Positions 30,452-41,592 are shown, numbered from the stretch's first letter. The stretch: 64,000 nt of DNA from an uncultured Clostridia bacterium (GCA_947625725.1 CANQPI010000001.1:22085-86084), one strand, 5' to 3'. The notes: a model not told the origin generated them from the letters alone. Made by a program: numbers and translations.

Positions 30452-31597
30452 ATGAAGCCAAATAATTTCGAGCGAACCGCCCTTCAGGGCGAAAACTTGC
30501 TTGAGCAAACAATAAATTTACGCAAAAGGCCCCAAAGAATAGCCAAAGATTTCTCATATCCCCATATTCAGCAGCAGGAAGTTGACTCTCAGCGCAAGTA
30601 CTATTGTACATGCTGTGGCAAATCTTATACGGCACAACAGGGCAACTTTATTGCTGCCAAGAACTCCATACTTTGGCAGGGCAACAACGGTTATATACCG
30701 GTATGCAAAACTTGCGTTAAGGCTATATACAATTCGTTCGTAGATTTTTTTGAAGGTAATGAGGAACACGCACTCGAAAGAATGTGCCAGATTTTCGATT
30801 TGTTCTACGACGAAGCGGCCTCGGCAATGACATTAAAGGACACTCACCTTGGTCAGCCGCGCATAGCGTTATATCCGTCTAAAGTCAATACAAGGCAGGT
30901 CGCTCAACGGGGACAGACCTACTTAGATACGATACGGGCAGATGTTGCTAACAGGCACGTAATAAGAGACGATGAAGATATGCAGGCTCACGTTGAGTCT
31001 TCAAAAGTAAACGGGGAATCCGGAGAGTTTGTTGTAACCGACGAAATGATTGCTAAATGGGGCTACGGCTATCAACCCAGGGACTACCAATACCTAGAAG
31101 TCGAAGAGGCTGACTGGCGGTCAAGGGTAGAGTGCAAAACAAAACCCCAAGAGCAACTCATACGCTCAATTTGTCTTGCGCAGCTTCAAATCCGCGTGGC
31201 ACAGCTCAGCGGCAAGTCTGCAGATGTAGCAACAGCTCAGAAAACATATGTAGACTTGTTGTCCGCATATAACGTGCTGCCGAAGCAAAATGCAGTTGAT
31301 GACGACAAGAACCAAGTTACACTTGGTACACTTATAAAAAAATGGGAAGAAGAAGAGCCAATTCCTGAGCCCGACGAAGAATGGAAAGACGTAGATGGTA
31401 TTCAGCGGTATGTTGATGTCTACCTCTATGGGCATTTGGCAAATCTTGCGCACTTACCCAATGCGAACGAAGAGGCTTATCGCAAAGAGATGGAGAAGTA
31501 TACTGTAACGCCGCCCTCCTATGAAGGGGACGGAGATAGTATCGATGACACATCCCTCGTTGATAAACTTGCCACCAAAGGGGGCGGCAACAAATGA
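30452..31597 (+). CDS. hypothetical protein; position suggests small terminase or packaging accessory
   Basis: AAGGAGGG RBS; Cys cluster CTCCG...CKTC; stop overlaps the TerL start. Confidence 0.55.
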   Translation: MKPNNFERTALQGENLLEQTINLRKRPQRIAKDFSYPHIQQQEVDSQRKYYCTCCGKSYTAQQGNFIAAKNSILWQGNNGYIPVCKTCVKAIYNSFVDFFEGNEEHALERMCQIFDLFYDEAASAMTLKDTHLGQPRIALYPSKVNTRQVAQRGQTYLDTIRADVANRHVIRDDEDMQAHVESSKVNGESGEFVVTDEMIAKWGYGYQPRDYQYLEVEEADWRSRVECKTKPQEQLIRSICLAQLQIRVAQLSGKSADVATAQKTYVDLLSAYNVLPKQNAVDDDKNQVTLGTLIKKWEEEEPIPEPDEEWKDVDGIQRYVDVYLYGHLANLAHLPNANEEAYRKEMEKYTVTPPSYEGDGDSIDDTSLVDKLATKGGGNK

Positions 31598-33378
31598 GCC
31601 AACCTGAGGCGGTCGCGTCGGCAATGGTACAGACCGATGCCGAGATTATACGAGAAAAGCACCAAAAGACGATGCGTGCGGTAGCCAAGTGGGTTTCCTT
31701 TTATAGGGCAAACCCACATAGGTTCGTTAGGGACTATCTGGGAGTTAAACTTTACCCGTTTCAACAAATAATAATCAAAGAGATGTTCGAGAAGGTGAAC
31801 ACAGTCCTCCTTGCCTGTCGCGGTATAGGCAAGACTTTTTTATTTGGGGTTTTTTGCTCGGGATATTGCATCCTGTACCCCGGAACAACTATTTGCATTG
31901 CCTCAAAAACAAGAGGGCAAGCCGCTGAGGTAATAGATAAGGTGCAGTTGCTCATGGTGGAATCTCCGAACCTTCGCTCTGAGATTGTTGAAATAAAACG
32001 GAACGAGAGAGAAGCCAGCATTACATTCCGTAATGGATCGGTCGTCAAGGTGGTCACTTCATCTGATAACGGGCGTCACAATCGTGCGACCGTATTGATT
32101 ATCGATGAGTTTCGTATGGTTGACAAAAATACGATTGACACCGTGTTGAAAAAGTTTTTGACATCATCGCGTATGCCGGGCTATTTGCGCAAACCGCAAT
32201 ATGCAGACTATCCCAGGGAGAGAACGAAGGAACTTTATGGCAGCAGCTGTTGGTATGAATCGCACTGGTCTTATGAGTTAGTCAAATCTTACATCTCCAA
32301 CATGATGCGCGGCAGGAGTTACTTTTGCTGCTCTCTGCCATATCAGTTGGCGATAAAAGAACATATCTTGGAGCGCGAACGCATCGAGGACGATATGTCT
32401 GAGTCGACGTTCAACTCCATGACATTTACAATGGAAATGGAGTCATTGTTCTGGCGTCAAGGCGAAGGCGGGCTTTATAACTTTGATGATATCAACAAAA
32501 CGCGCGTTCTGGAGTATGCATTTTACCCCAGAGAAGAGGTGATGCACGTCCCAGATAAGAGGGTACACATACCACCAAAACGCCCCGAGGAAATTCGAAT
32601 TCTTTCTGCCGATATTGCATTGATGGCTTCGACCAAAAGCAAAAACGACGCCACATCTATTTTCATCAACCAAATGCAGCCATTGTACAACGGACGGTAT
32701 TCTAAGAATATAGTTTACGCAACTAACAACGAGGGACTCCGAACAGAGGTTCAAGCACTGGTAATTCGTCGCTTGTTTGACGAATTCGATTGTGATTATT
32801 TGGTAATTGACGTCAAGGGCCTGGGTATTGGCGTGGTGGACGCATTGATGGGGGATATATATGATGCAAGTTCTGGCATTACATATCCTGCTCTCAGCTG
32901 TTGTAACGACGATACTATTGCTCAAAGGTGTGCGATAGCGGATGCGCCCAAAAAAATTTGGGCGGTGCAAGGGTCGCCAGAGTTCAACTCACAATGCGCG
33001 CTGGCACTGAGAGAGGAGTTTAAGCAGGGGCGATTGCACTTATTGGATACGGACATTGAGATTGAAAATACCTTAAGGGAACTCAAAGGGTATTCATCGT
33101 TGACACCTGCCGAGCAGGCAACATTACAGCTTCCGTATGTACATACAACCCTTTTGGTCAAGGAATTGGTTGACCTGGAATATGAAACGAGAAACAACGT
33201 CATCCGGGTAAAGGAAAAGCCCGGGCGGCGTAAAGACAGATATAGTAGTTTGAGCTACAACGTTTACGTCTCTAATGCCGTTGAGCGTTCATTGGCTCAA
33301 TCTACAAGACAAAATATTTCGGAGGCGCGAATCCGTTGGCGCGTGCCCCAATTATACAAAAATAAAGGAGGTTATTGA
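31594..33378 (+). CDS. terL: terminase large subunit
   Basis: Walker A-like ACRGIGKT, Walker B VLIIDEF; size and position upstream of the portal gene. Confidence 0.85.
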   Translation: MSQPEAVASAMVQTDAEIIREKHQKTMRAVAKWVSFYRANPHRFVRDYLGVKLYPFQQIIIKEMFEKVNTVLLACRGIGKTFLFGVFCSGYCILYPGTTICIASKTRGQAAEVIDKVQLLMVESPNLRSEIVEIKRNEREASITFRNGSVVKVVTSSDNGRHNRATVLIIDEFRMVDKNTIDTVLKKFLTSSRMPGYLRKPQYADYPRERTKELYGSSCWYESHWSYELVKSYISNMMRGRSYFCCSLPYQLAIKEHILERERIEDDMSESTFNSMTFTMEMESLFWRQGEGGLYNFDDINKTRVLEYAFYPREEVMHVPDKRVHIPPKRPEEIRILSADIALMASTKSKNDATSIFINQMQPLYNGRYSKNIVYATNNEGLRTEVQALVIRRLFDEFDCDYLVIDVKGLGIGVVDALMGDIYDASSGITYPALSCCNDDTIAQRCAIADAPKKIWAVQGSPEFNSQCALALREEFKQGRLHLLDTDIEIENTLRELKGYSSLTPAEQATLQLPYVHTTLLVKELVDLEYETRNNVIRVKEKPGRRKDRYSSLSYNVYVSNAVERSLAQSTRQNISEARIRWRVPQLYKNKGGY

Positions 33379-34874
33379 TGTCCAAAAAAAATAAGCAGAA
33401 AAATCGCGGTGGCACATATGTAGCTCCAAAGGCTCACAATGCGCCCAGCCAGAGCGAATTGCTTCAGCTATTTTCCCGCGAATTGATGCGCATAAAAACA
33501 TATAACCCCAATGTAACTTCTTCAAAAAAAACGTACTCCTATGGTGGATATACAAAGGAAAATGTCCTAAAGTGGTTGCAATCGCCGTCGGCAAGTGAGA
33601 AGAGTTTGCGAGACGCATCAAACTACATGTATATTGCCTCTATGCATTACAACAGGTTGATTCGCTACTACTCGAAACTTTATGTGGGTAGTTATGTGGT
33701 TTTGCCCGTGGGTTTTGATTCTAAATCGATACCCAGTAATTTCGACAAGCAGTATCGCAAGGTTTGTACAATACTCTCTTCAATGAAAATTCCAAGCAAG
33801 ATGTCCACAATTATAGACTACGCATTGCGCGATGGGGTGTTTTATGGGATACGGGTAAGCGATACGAATTCATGCAATATTTTCCGCATCGATCCAGACT
33901 ATTGCAAGATAGTAGCTATATGCGACGACACATTTTTATATGCCGTCGACATGACGAAATTGACCGGCAAATTGGAATTTTATCCTACCGAATTCACCGC
34001 GATGTACCAAGAGTATTTGCGGACTGGCAATAAGTGGCAAGAAGTGCCGTTGGACTGTTCGGTATGCATAAAGAGTGACGAGAGCCTTGTGGATTATGTC
34101 ATTCCGCAGTTTGCCGCCGTGTTGCCCGACTTATATACGATTGCCAACACAAAGGAATTGCAGGAAACTGCTGCAGAAATTCGCAACTATAAAATGTTGG
34201 CGGGGCAAATTCCTTATGACGACAAGGGGAACGTCCTTATCCCCGACCCTATCGTGGACAAATATTACGATCACATTGCTAACGCGCTTGGTGTTCGCGT
34301 TGGGCTTGCTCTGTCCCCATTTAAGTTAGAGGCGCTAACTTTTGACAACAAGGCGGGGATAACGGATATCGATGATGTCGCCAAAGCAGAGGATGCGTTC
34401 TGGTCAACAGCGGGAAGTTCCGGCTTGCTTCACGGCAAAACGAATGATACTGCGGGCGTTACTAAACTCGCCATCAAGAATGATGAAAGTTACGTGTGGG
34501 GGATTGTTCAGCAATTTGAAGCGGTAATCAACCGTTATCTGAAGTCCGGTTTTGGGGGAAAGGCAAAATTTAGGATTTCGATATTGCCCATAACTATTTT
34601 CAACCAAGAGGAGAAAATTCAGCAGTACAAAGAAGCTGCAACTCTCGGGATCGGGAAGATGTATTATGCTGCGGCGCTGGGCATTGACCCATCGGATATT
34701 GCGGGCATGAACTGCATCGAAACCGACATCTTACCATTCGCCGAATTAAAGCCCTTAAAGAGCACCTATACGGAAAGCGCAAGTGGTGATGGCGGGCGTC
34801 CTGCATCGCCAGACACTGATCTCACGCCGTCAGGCGAAAACACCCGAGATAACGACACCAACGCTAACAAGTGA
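33378..34874 (+). CDS. portal protein
   Basis: 498 aa directly after TerL (TGATG overlap); typical size and position. Confidence 0.7.
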   Translation: MSKKNKQKNRGGTYVAPKAHNAPSQSELLQLFSRELMRIKTYNPNVTSSKKTYSYGGYTKENVLKWLQSPSASEKSLRDASNYMYIASMHYNRLIRYYSKLYVGSYVVLPVGFDSKSIPSNFDKQYRKVCTILSSMKIPSKMSTIIDYALRDGVFYGIRVSDTNSCNIFRIDPDYCKIVAICDDTFLYAVDMTKLTGKLEFYPTEFTAMYQEYLRTGNKWQEVPLDCSVCIKSDESLVDYVIPQFAAVLPDLYTIANTKELQETAAEIRNYKMLAGQIPYDDKGNVLIPDPIVDKYYDHIANALGVRVGLALSPFKLEALTFDNKAGITDIDDVAKAEDAFWSTAGSSGLLHGKTNDTAGVTKLAIKNDESYVWGIVQQFEAVINRYLKSGFGGKAKFRISILPITIFNQEEKIQQYKEAATLGIGKMYYAAALGIDPSDIAGMNCIETDILPFAELKPLKSTYTESASGDGGRPASPDTDLTPSGENTRDNDTNANK

Positions 34875-34885
34875 GGTGATATGCT

Positions 34886-35101
34886 ATGTGCACAAAAATG
34901 TTTATCAAATTTATCGATGAAAGTGTCGCAGTCGCGTTGAGTGACCGCGGCTTTTCATATATGCAAGAAAAAATCAACGAAGGTCAGACACTCTATGTAT
35001 TTGAACGCTCCGACGAACTTATGGCTGCCCTGAACGAAGTTCTGTGCGGAGACAAGTATCAGAATGTGATATGTGTGGATGATTCGACGTTGCTTTTTTA
35101 G
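34886..35101 (+). CDS. hypothetical protein
   Basis: 71-aa ORF with GAGGTG RBS. Confidence 0.6.
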   Translation: MCTKMFIKFIDESVAVALSDRGFSYMQEKINEGQTLYVFERSDELMAALNEVLCGDKYQNVICVDDSTLLF

Positions 35102-35110
35102 GAGGACAAA

Positions 35111-36742
35111 ATGAACGAAAAACTTTTTATTCCATTTACAAGTCAAGTTGTCCCCGTGAAACCCATCAACGAACAGATGACACTGTGCAAGTGCTATGTC
35201 TTGGCGCTTGGAAAAAATCGAAAAAAGACAAGTATCTCAAAGGAAGCCGCCGATGATGCGCTATCCTCCCTATACAATATCCCCGTTGTCGGACATCTTT
35301 ATGTCGATAAGGACGGTAAGGTTTGGATGGGCGGACACGACCAAGTCATCGAGAAGGGTGCGGATGGAGTCTACAGATTCCGCACACTTACCGTCCCATA
35401 CGGCGTGGTTCCTCAACAAGACAACGTTCATTACGAAGAAGTTACCGAGTCTGATGGTGTTACGCGCACCTATATGGTTGCAGATGTAATCCTTTGGACG
35501 GGCAAATATCCAGAGTTGATGAAAGCGGTTTACAGCAAAGATATGTACTTTTCTCAAAGCATGGAAATTACACCGACCGCTGCGAAGAGAGAGAATGGAT
35601 ATTTGGTTATCGACAAGTTTCAATTCTCAGCTCTTTGCTTGTTGTGCAAGAGCGACGACGAACATAATGTCGAGCCCTGTTTTGAGTCGGCATGCGTCGA
35701 GCCCTATGACTTTTGCGCTTCTGATGAATGGACGAAACGTTTTGAGGAATTCAAAACTGAGTTGGCGCGGGCATATTCGGTAGCCCACGATGAGGAAGGA
35801 GGAAAACCAGCATTGAACAAAGAACAAATTATTCAAATAATGCTTGAATTCGGTCTGGGGGCAGATTCCAATTTGCCTTTTGAGGTTGCGGACGGAATGA
35901 GCGAGGAAGAATTTAGAGCCAAGTTGCAAGAAACATTTGGGGCGGCAAACCAAGAAGAAACAGCCGCGGTCGTGAGCAATCCAGATGTCCCTGTAATCGA
36001 TAACGGGCAGTTAGTGTCCACCGAAGATACTTCTACAGAGGCGCAAGACACAGCAAATTTTGCGAAACAGGAAACAGAAACAGTAGAAGACGATGCTCCG
36101 GCGAATGAGCCTCTTGCGTATGCCGCAGAGCGTACATATCGCGAAAAGGCTGAGGCTCTCGATGAGGCTCTGAGCAAACTGGGCGTTTCAACTGATGCCA
36201 TCTGTCAGCACTATTACCTCATTGATTTCGATAGTGAGTATGTTTATGCGAACCTTTTTTATTGCAACAGAGATGGTGAGGAGCGCAATGAAACATATCG
36301 CATTCCGTACAGTGTCGACGCAGATGGCGGGTGCACCCTTGATACGACAAATCAAGAACCGGTGCGTCTTGTGTGGTTGACTAAAGCCGACGAAGAGAAG
36401 TTGGCTGCTCAAGAAAATCAACTGCGCGAGTTGACCGAATATAAACAAGCGAAACTCGAAGAAGAGCGCAACAGAGAGTTTGCCGCAGTTCTTGCAGAAT
36501 TTCCCGAGTTGCAAGATCTCGATGAATATCGTGCCGTTGTTAGTAACGTTGCGACATTCGAGAGTCCTGATGCACTTTGTGAGAAAATGTATGCGCTGCG
36601 GGGCAAATACAATTTGTTTGCCAGCAAACCTTCGAGCCAAAGCCCCTCCGACATTCGTATTCCCGTGGGCGTCGAAGCCCATAAGGGTCAAAACGAGATG
36701 GAAGAGTTTATGAACAGATATTGCCCTCGTCGGGCAAATTAA
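35111..36742 (+). CDS. head morphogenesis protein (possible protease/scaffold fusion)
   Basis: 543 aa; acidic low-complexity middle; C-terminal coiled-coil-like KLAAQENQLRELTEYKQAKLEEERNREF; lies between the portal and capsid genes. Confidence 0.45.
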   Translation: MNEKLFIPFTSQVVPVKPINEQMTLCKCYVLALGKNRKKTSISKEAADDALSSLYNIPVVGHLYVDKDGKVWMGGHDQVIEKGADGVYRFRTLTVPYGVVPQQDNVHYEEVTESDGVTRTYMVADVILWTGKYPELMKAVYSKDMYFSQSMEITPTAAKRENGYLVIDKFQFSALCLLCKSDDEHNVEPCFESACVEPYDFCASDEWTKRFEEFKTELARAYSVAHDEEGGKPALNKEQIIQIMLEFGLGADSNLPFEVADGMSEEEFRAKLQETFGAANQEETAAVVSNPDVPVIDNGQLVSTEDTSTEAQDTANFAKQETETVEDDAPANEPLAYAAERTYREKAEALDEALSKLGVSTDAICQHYYLIDFDSEYVYANLFYCNRDGEERNETYRIPYSVDADGGCTLDTTNQEPVRLVWLTKADEEKLAAQENQLRELTEYKQAKLEEERNREFAAVLAEFPELQDLDEYRAVVSNVATFESPDALCEKMYALRGKYNLFASKPSSQSPSDIRIPVGVEAHKGQNEMEEFMNRYCPRRAN

Positions 36743-36791
36743 CATCCTTATGGGTGTAACAAAAAAACAATAATAAGGAGAACTAAACACA

Positions 36792-37280
36792 ATGTATGCA
36801 CGTGTAAGAACTGACAACATGTCGGGCACTCAAGTCGGAAAAGATCTCGTTTCCGCGAAATACTTCGTCGAATCCGATCCTAAGGATATCGAAAACGGCA
36901 GCCTTGTTGCCATCGGTGCTCTTCTCGAAGGAGAGAGAGAAATTCGCAAAGCTACCGCTCCCAAAAAGGACACGGCCATCTTTGACCTCGCCCTTGTCGC
37001 CACCCCTGAAGTAATAAAGGACAAGACTTATTACTCTCTCGGCGACTTTATCAATAAAGCTGGCAATCCCATCCGTTGCTACAGACTCACCCCAGGCAGC
37101 ACCTTTGCTGTAACGAAAGAGGTGCTCGACGGACAACCCACTGTTGATTACTTTGTAGAAGCTGCCGATGACAGCACCAAGTTCAAAGTGGTTGAGTCCA
37201 ACACAGAGGGTAGCACTCTTGTCGGCAAAATTCTTGCCATCGAAGGCGACTACACGGTTATCGAAGTAGCCCGCCAATGA
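36792..37280 (+). CDS. virion morphogenesis protein, function unassigned
   Basis: 162-aa ORF with AAGGAG RBS in the head module. Confidence 0.6.
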   Translation: MYARVRTDNMSGTQVGKDLVSAKYFVESDPKDIENGSLVAIGALLEGEREIRKATAPKKDTAIFDLALVATPEVIKDKTYYSLGDFINKAGNPIRCYRLTPGSTFAVTKEVLDGQPTVDYFVEAADDSTKFKVVESNTEGSTLVGKILAIEGDYTVIEVARQ

Positions 37281-37672
37281 AGAAGGCCCACGTCTCGTCC
37301 AATGCAAAGCCCATAGGCGGTTCTGAAAATCATCTCGGCAAAGAAATAAGCGAGTTGATTAGTCCAGACACCAAAATATTGAGCGATGGCTCGGTTGTGG
37401 GTACGATACATTACGTGACGGACTACGTGGGCTTTAACGAAAGCAATCCGGACGAGCAGGAAGGGTATTTCTTCCCCGTGCGCCTCACAGGTAGTGGAAG
37501 CAAAATGACACTCAAGAAAGATGGTGTAGCCAAAGAGGAAAAGACTGGAATGAAATATGACCCAAACTTAATACTTCGCGTTGACGGACAAAATACCGTT
37601 TGGAGTATTGAGGTCGATGGGAATGAAGTTGTAAAACTCAACTTCACAAAAGCGACATTTGATTCGCATTAA
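37277..37672 (+). CDS. virion morphogenesis protein, function unassigned
   Basis: 131-aa ORF with ATGA coupling. Confidence 0.6.
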   Translation: MKKAHVSSNAKPIGGSENHLGKEISELISPDTKILSDGSVVGTIHYVTDYVGFNESNPDEQEGYFFPVRLTGSGSKMTLKKDGVAKEEKTGMKYDPNLILRVDGQNTVWSIEVDGNEVVKLNFTKATFDSH

Positions 37673-37701
37673 ACATCTATAAACTAAAAGGAGAACTACA
37701 A

Positions 37702-38688
37702 ATGCAAGTTTTGGAAAAAATCATCAACGTAATTAAAGGCGTTGGCGTTGAAAACTACAGCAAGGAAGACAGATCTACCGCCGTCCGTCAAGCCCTCGTT
37801 GAGGTAAACGGCGGCAGCACAAAACTGTCTCGCAAAAATTTCTATCGGGGCACTCAACTGTTTGACCTTGTGCAAGAGTTGATTCCCACACTCATTGACG
37901 AAGGTTTCAAAGACACTGATGAAATCTTCAAGTTGGTAGAGTACCGCAACATCAAGGATGGCGATCAGATCGAATTCGTGGTCGATGGTGATTCCTTGTT
38001 CGTTGTAGCTGATGCCGCTCTGGGTATTCAGGGTGTTAGACGTCAACGCATTGACGATCGTCAAACCATTACTGTTAACACTTCCTTCAAAATCGTGCGT
38101 GTGTACGAGGAACTTTCTCGTTTGCTCACCGGCAAAGTAAACTTCGACACGTTCGTTGAGAATGTGGCTAAGTCTTTCAAGCAAACTATCATGAACGACG
38201 CTTTCGCCGCTCTTGATGCGATCTCTGCGGATACTTTCAATCTTGGCTCTGATTACGTAAAGAGTGGTAGTTTTGACGAGGCTGCGCTCGTAGAACTTGT
38301 TGAACATGTTGAGGCCGCGACGGGCATGAAGGCTCGTATTTACGGAACCAAGTCTGCGCTGCGCAAAATCACAACCGCCGAGGTTTCTGAGGAAGCAAAG
38401 AGCGACAAGTATCATCTCGGTTACTACGGCATGTTCAATGGCACCGAGTTGGTTCAAATGCGTCAAAGCCATAAGCCAGGCACGTCCACGTTCGCTTTGA
38501 ATAACAACAAACTGTACATCATCGCTGCCGGCGATGCTCCTATCAAGGTTGTTAACGAGGGCGAAGGCCTCATCATAGAGAGAGATCCCACGGCGAACAA
38601 CGACCTGACTCAGGAATACATCTATGGTCAAAACGTCGGCGTCGGCGTTATCTGCTCTGCTAAAATGGGTGTTTGGACGCTCGCTTAA
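37702..38688 (+). CDS. major capsid protein
   Basis: 328 aa, strong RBS, position and composition typical of siphovirus major capsid proteins. Confidence 0.7.
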   Translation: MQVLEKIINVIKGVGVENYSKEDRSTAVRQALVEVNGGSTKLSRKNFYRGTQLFDLVQELIPTLIDEGFKDTDEIFKLVEYRNIKDGDQIEFVVDGDSLFVVADAALGIQGVRRQRIDDRQTITVNTSFKIVRVYEELSRLLTGKVNFDTFVENVAKSFKQTIMNDAFAALDAISADTFNLGSDYVKSGSFDEAALVELVEHVEAATGMKARIYGTKSALRKITTAEVSEEAKSDKYHLGYYGMFNGTELVQMRQSHKPGTSTFALNNNKLYIIAAGDAPIKVVNEGEGLIIERDPTANNDLTQEYIYGQNVGVGVICSAKMGVWTLA

Positions 38689-38785
38689 TTAAGGCATCGT
38701 TTTACCGTGGGCAAATAAATTGCCCACGGTGCCCATTGGGTGTCTTGACGTTGTCAAGAAATTTGAATAAAAGGAGAATAAGGAA

Positions 38786-39301
38786 ATGACATCTCAAACT
38801 ACAAACGAGCAAGAAATCAAGAGAAATGTCAAAATCAATGGCAGAACACTCATCAAAGTTCGTAGCAATGTGTATGGCTCGCTTCATTATGTCAACCCGT
38901 ATAACGGATATCGTATTGTGTGGTTGGCAAGTGGCGACATTCAGCTCGTTGAATTTGATGAACTTGTAAGAATGAAGAATACGGCTCCGGCGTTTTTCCA
39001 AAATCAATGGGTATTGATTGTTGGAGTGGGCGATGGTGAAGCGTGCAAGGCTAGCGCCGATGAAATTTGCCACGCTTTGGCGGTAGACCAATATTACAAG
39101 GGATATCTCGAACCCGCGGCAATGACAAATATCTGCGATTGGGATGAGAAAACAATTGCCGAAAGAGTCGCCGTGCTTAGCGATGGGGCAAAGACTAATC
39201 TGGTCGCCACGCTGAACGGATATATTGCGAGCGGCAAACTCGATTCGCTGCGTAAGATTGCGGCATTTGAAAAGGCTCTTGGTTGCGCGTTGACAAAATA
39301 A
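38786..39301 (+). CDS. hypothetical head-module protein
   Basis: 171-aa ORF with AAGGAG RBS. Confidence 0.65.
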   Translation: MTSQTTNEQEIKRNVKINGRTLIKVRSNVYGSLHYVNPYNGYRIVWLASGDIQLVEFDELVRMKNTAPAFFQNQWVLIVGVGDGEACKASADEICHALAVDQYYKGYLEPAAMTNICDWDEKTIAERVAVLSDGAKTNLVATLNGYIASGKLDSLRKIAAFEKALGCALTK

Positions 39302-39312
39302 AGGAGTGACAA

Positions 39313-39747
39313 ATGGCAACCAAGTTTTCAACAATCTATGATAGAGCCGTCTTTAAGTTCAAGGATTATAGTTTTTTGAAAATTATTCCCGATTACAAAG
39401 AGGCTATATTGCAACAGTATTTACTGTCTGCGGTTGCTGATTTCGCATATGTTTGCGATGTGGATTTGGAAGATATTGATTTAGATCAAGAACAATTCAA
39501 CCAGGATCTCAGCAACGAAATCATTGAAATTCTTGCGTTGGGCATTGCGTATCACTGGCTAAGCGGGCAGATTCTAAGCAAAGAACATATGCGCAACCTA
39601 CTCCATAATAAGGATTACACCTCATATTCTCCAGGCAATTTGCTCGGGGAGATGCGTAGCCTTAGGGAGGAGTACGCGCAAGAATATCGCGGCAAGATAA
39701 ATGGGTATTCGGTAAGACACGCTGATATTGCAAACCGTAAGGTTTAG
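39313..39747 (+). CDS. possible head-tail connector/adaptor
   Basis: 144 aa, position after the capsid gene. Confidence 0.4.
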   Translation: MATKFSTIYDRAVFKFKDYSFLKIIPDYKEAILQQYLLSAVADFAYVCDVDLEDIDLDQEQFNQDLSNEIIEILALGIAYHWLSGQILSKEHMRNLLHNKDYTSYSPGNLLGEMRSLREEYAQEYRGKINGYSVRHADIANRKV

Positions 39748-39757
39748 GGAGGTGCAA

Positions 39758-40084
39758 ATGGAAAAACAACTTTTGCATTACCTTGAACATTTGCGCGGTG
39801 ACATCTGGAAGTTGCTCCCGATGAGAGAAGCAGAAATGATGGGAATAGATAACCATCTCGGTGATTATCTCGAAACACTCGTGGCCAACGTGAGTGGCGC
39901 AACTACTACATACCCGATTCTCGCCGACCAAAAACAATTTTTGTATGTGATAAACAACATCCAATACCTTAACAAACAGCCAATCAGGTTTAAGCGATGG
40001 CGACAGATAGTATTGAACTCCACGCAGAGCATAGACAATCTGTATGTGTTGTACGGAGGTGTCAAAGATGTCAAAGGCAAATGA
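39758..40084 (+). CDS. hypothetical head-tail joining protein
   Basis: Start at M11 (GGGAGG RBS). Confidence 0.5.
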   Translation: MEKQLLHYLEHLRGDIWKLLPMREAEMMGIDNHLGDYLETLVANVSGATTTYPILADQKQFLYVINNIQYLNKQPIRFKRWRQIVLNSTQSIDNLYVLYGGVKDVKGK

Positions 40085-41096
40085 TTGGATGAGCGTATAT
40101 CGTTATTGGCTCAACGAAGAACGTAAGGCGAACACTGAGCAAGCCAAGCTCCTTGCGCAAGAAACATTCGAGGAAGACATTAAAAACTCTCCGTCATATC
40201 AAGAAGATGCTTTGCGCAATGGCGAGTCGCAGCCTATGAGTGTAACCAGAGAAAATACCCGCAAGGCTCGTTTCACTGTTGCCCCGGGCGATGATATGCA
40301 TATCGGCGACCTTATAACCGTGTTTGGCGAAAATTGGCTTTGTATTGAGTTATACATCGACGAGTATGGTATGAAATATGGGGAGCTTTGGATGTGTAAC
40401 CACGTTTTCCATTACCAAGACCACGACAAAAATATAATTCACAAAGACGCCATTATCGACGATGGCTCCTACACAAAAGGAACCGACAAGGCTTTACCAA
40501 TTACGGATAACTATTATAGGTGCTACATCTCACTTGACGATGAAAGCAGAGCTCTATTTGTGGACAAGCGTCTTGCGATTGACGAAATTGTCGATGGGCG
40601 CGGACGTGATATATTGGAAGTCGGCAAGATTTCCTGGATAGATACAAGAAGCCACAACTACGGCGAGGGAAGCCATCTAATGGTTTTCGGCCTCATTGAC
40701 GATCCGTACAACGAGGAACACGACAATATTGCCGAGATGATTTGCGATTATGTCGAGCCCCAAAGTGATACCCCCGACATTGGCGGTGACAGCGATGAGC
40801 CAGTCGCGGGACATTTTGAGATAAGCGGAAGGGACGAAATGCGCCTTGGTACAGAGAGAACATACACGGTTAGTGCTTTTGGCGATTCTGAGACCGATGT
40901 GGAGTTACCAGAGGAAATTTCGTGGACGCTCGACACAACAGTCGATGGCGTGACGATAACCCCTCAAGGGGCGTCGTGTCTTTTGGGCGTTTCCAACAAC
41001 GAAGTTCTCGTTGGCGAAGTAATTAGGCTGAAAGCAGAAGACGCGTCCGGGAAAATAGCCTCGGCTACGAAAGAGGTGGTGATTATCTATGGCTAA
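40068..41096 (+). CDS. structural protein with C-terminal Ig-like (Big_2-type) domain
   Basis: Start at M9 (GGAGG RBS); C-terminal ..YTVSAFGDSE..VTITPQGASCLLGV..IRLKAEDASGK. Confidence 0.55.
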   Translation: MSKANDWMSVYRYWLNEERKANTEQAKLLAQETFEEDIKNSPSYQEDALRNGESQPMSVTRENTRKARFTVAPGDDMHIGDLITVFGENWLCIELYIDEYGMKYGELWMCNHVFHYQDHDKNIIHKDAIIDDGSYTKGTDKALPITDNYYRCYISLDDESRALFVDKRLAIDEIVDGRGRDILEVGKISWIDTRSHNYGEGSHLMVFGLIDDPYNEEHDNIAEMICDYVEPQSDTPDIGGDSDEPVAGHFEISGRDEMRLGTERTYTVSAFGDSETDVELPEEISWTLDTTVDGVTITPQGASCLLGVSNNEVLVGEVIRLKAEDASGKIASATKEVVIIYG

Positions 41097-41592
41097 TTCA
41101 TATCTTGACCAACTTGTTACATACCCCGCGGAAATTATTAACAGAATTGCTTCTGACGATACATGCGTGGGGTTACTTGTCAATAAGGCACCATCTACGG
41201 TAGACGACACCGATCGCGATGCCGTGCTCGACGAACATCTCTTTGACTACCAGTACGTAGATTCCACGACGCAAACATCTACCGCATACGTCTGGGTAGA
41301 GGTTGACGTGGGCGACGTGGAGAATAAACACATCAAGGATTTGAGAGTCTACGTGACCATTGCTTGTCACAAATCCTATATGAAACTTGAGACAAAAGTT
41401 TTCAAGGGGATGATGGGCAACAGGCGAGATAACCTTGCTCGGCGTATAGACGTGTTGCTCAACGATTCGGAGTTTCTGGGCATTGGAAGATTGTCTTTGA
41501 AGTCCGTGAATACCTGTGCGCCGATTAACGGGTTTACGGTGAAGGAACTCACATACATAACGCCAGATTTTAATCAGGTGCCACTAAACTGA
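41089..41592 (+). CDS. hypothetical tail/neck protein
   Basis: 167-aa ORF, coupled. Confidence 0.6.
   Translation: MANSYLDQLVTYPAEIINRIASDDTCVGLLVNKAPSTVDDTDRDAVLDEHLFDYQYVDSTTQTSTAYVWVEVDVGDVENKHIKDLRVYVTIACHKSYMKLETKVFKGMMGNRRDNLARRIDVLLNDSEFLGIGRLSLKSVNTCAPINGFTVKELTYITPDFNQVPLN

Noticed and set aside
37696-38631. Long antisense ORFs opposite well-supported genes: 311 aa opposite the capsid gene, 279 aa at 46909-47748 opposite the tape measure gene, 213 aa at 36188-36829, 174 aa at 22346-22870 and 210 aa at 38702-39334
   Set aside because: These are shadow ORFs. They lack RBSs and have low-complexity or odd composition. The sense strand carries coupled genes with strong RBSs and recognisable functions.
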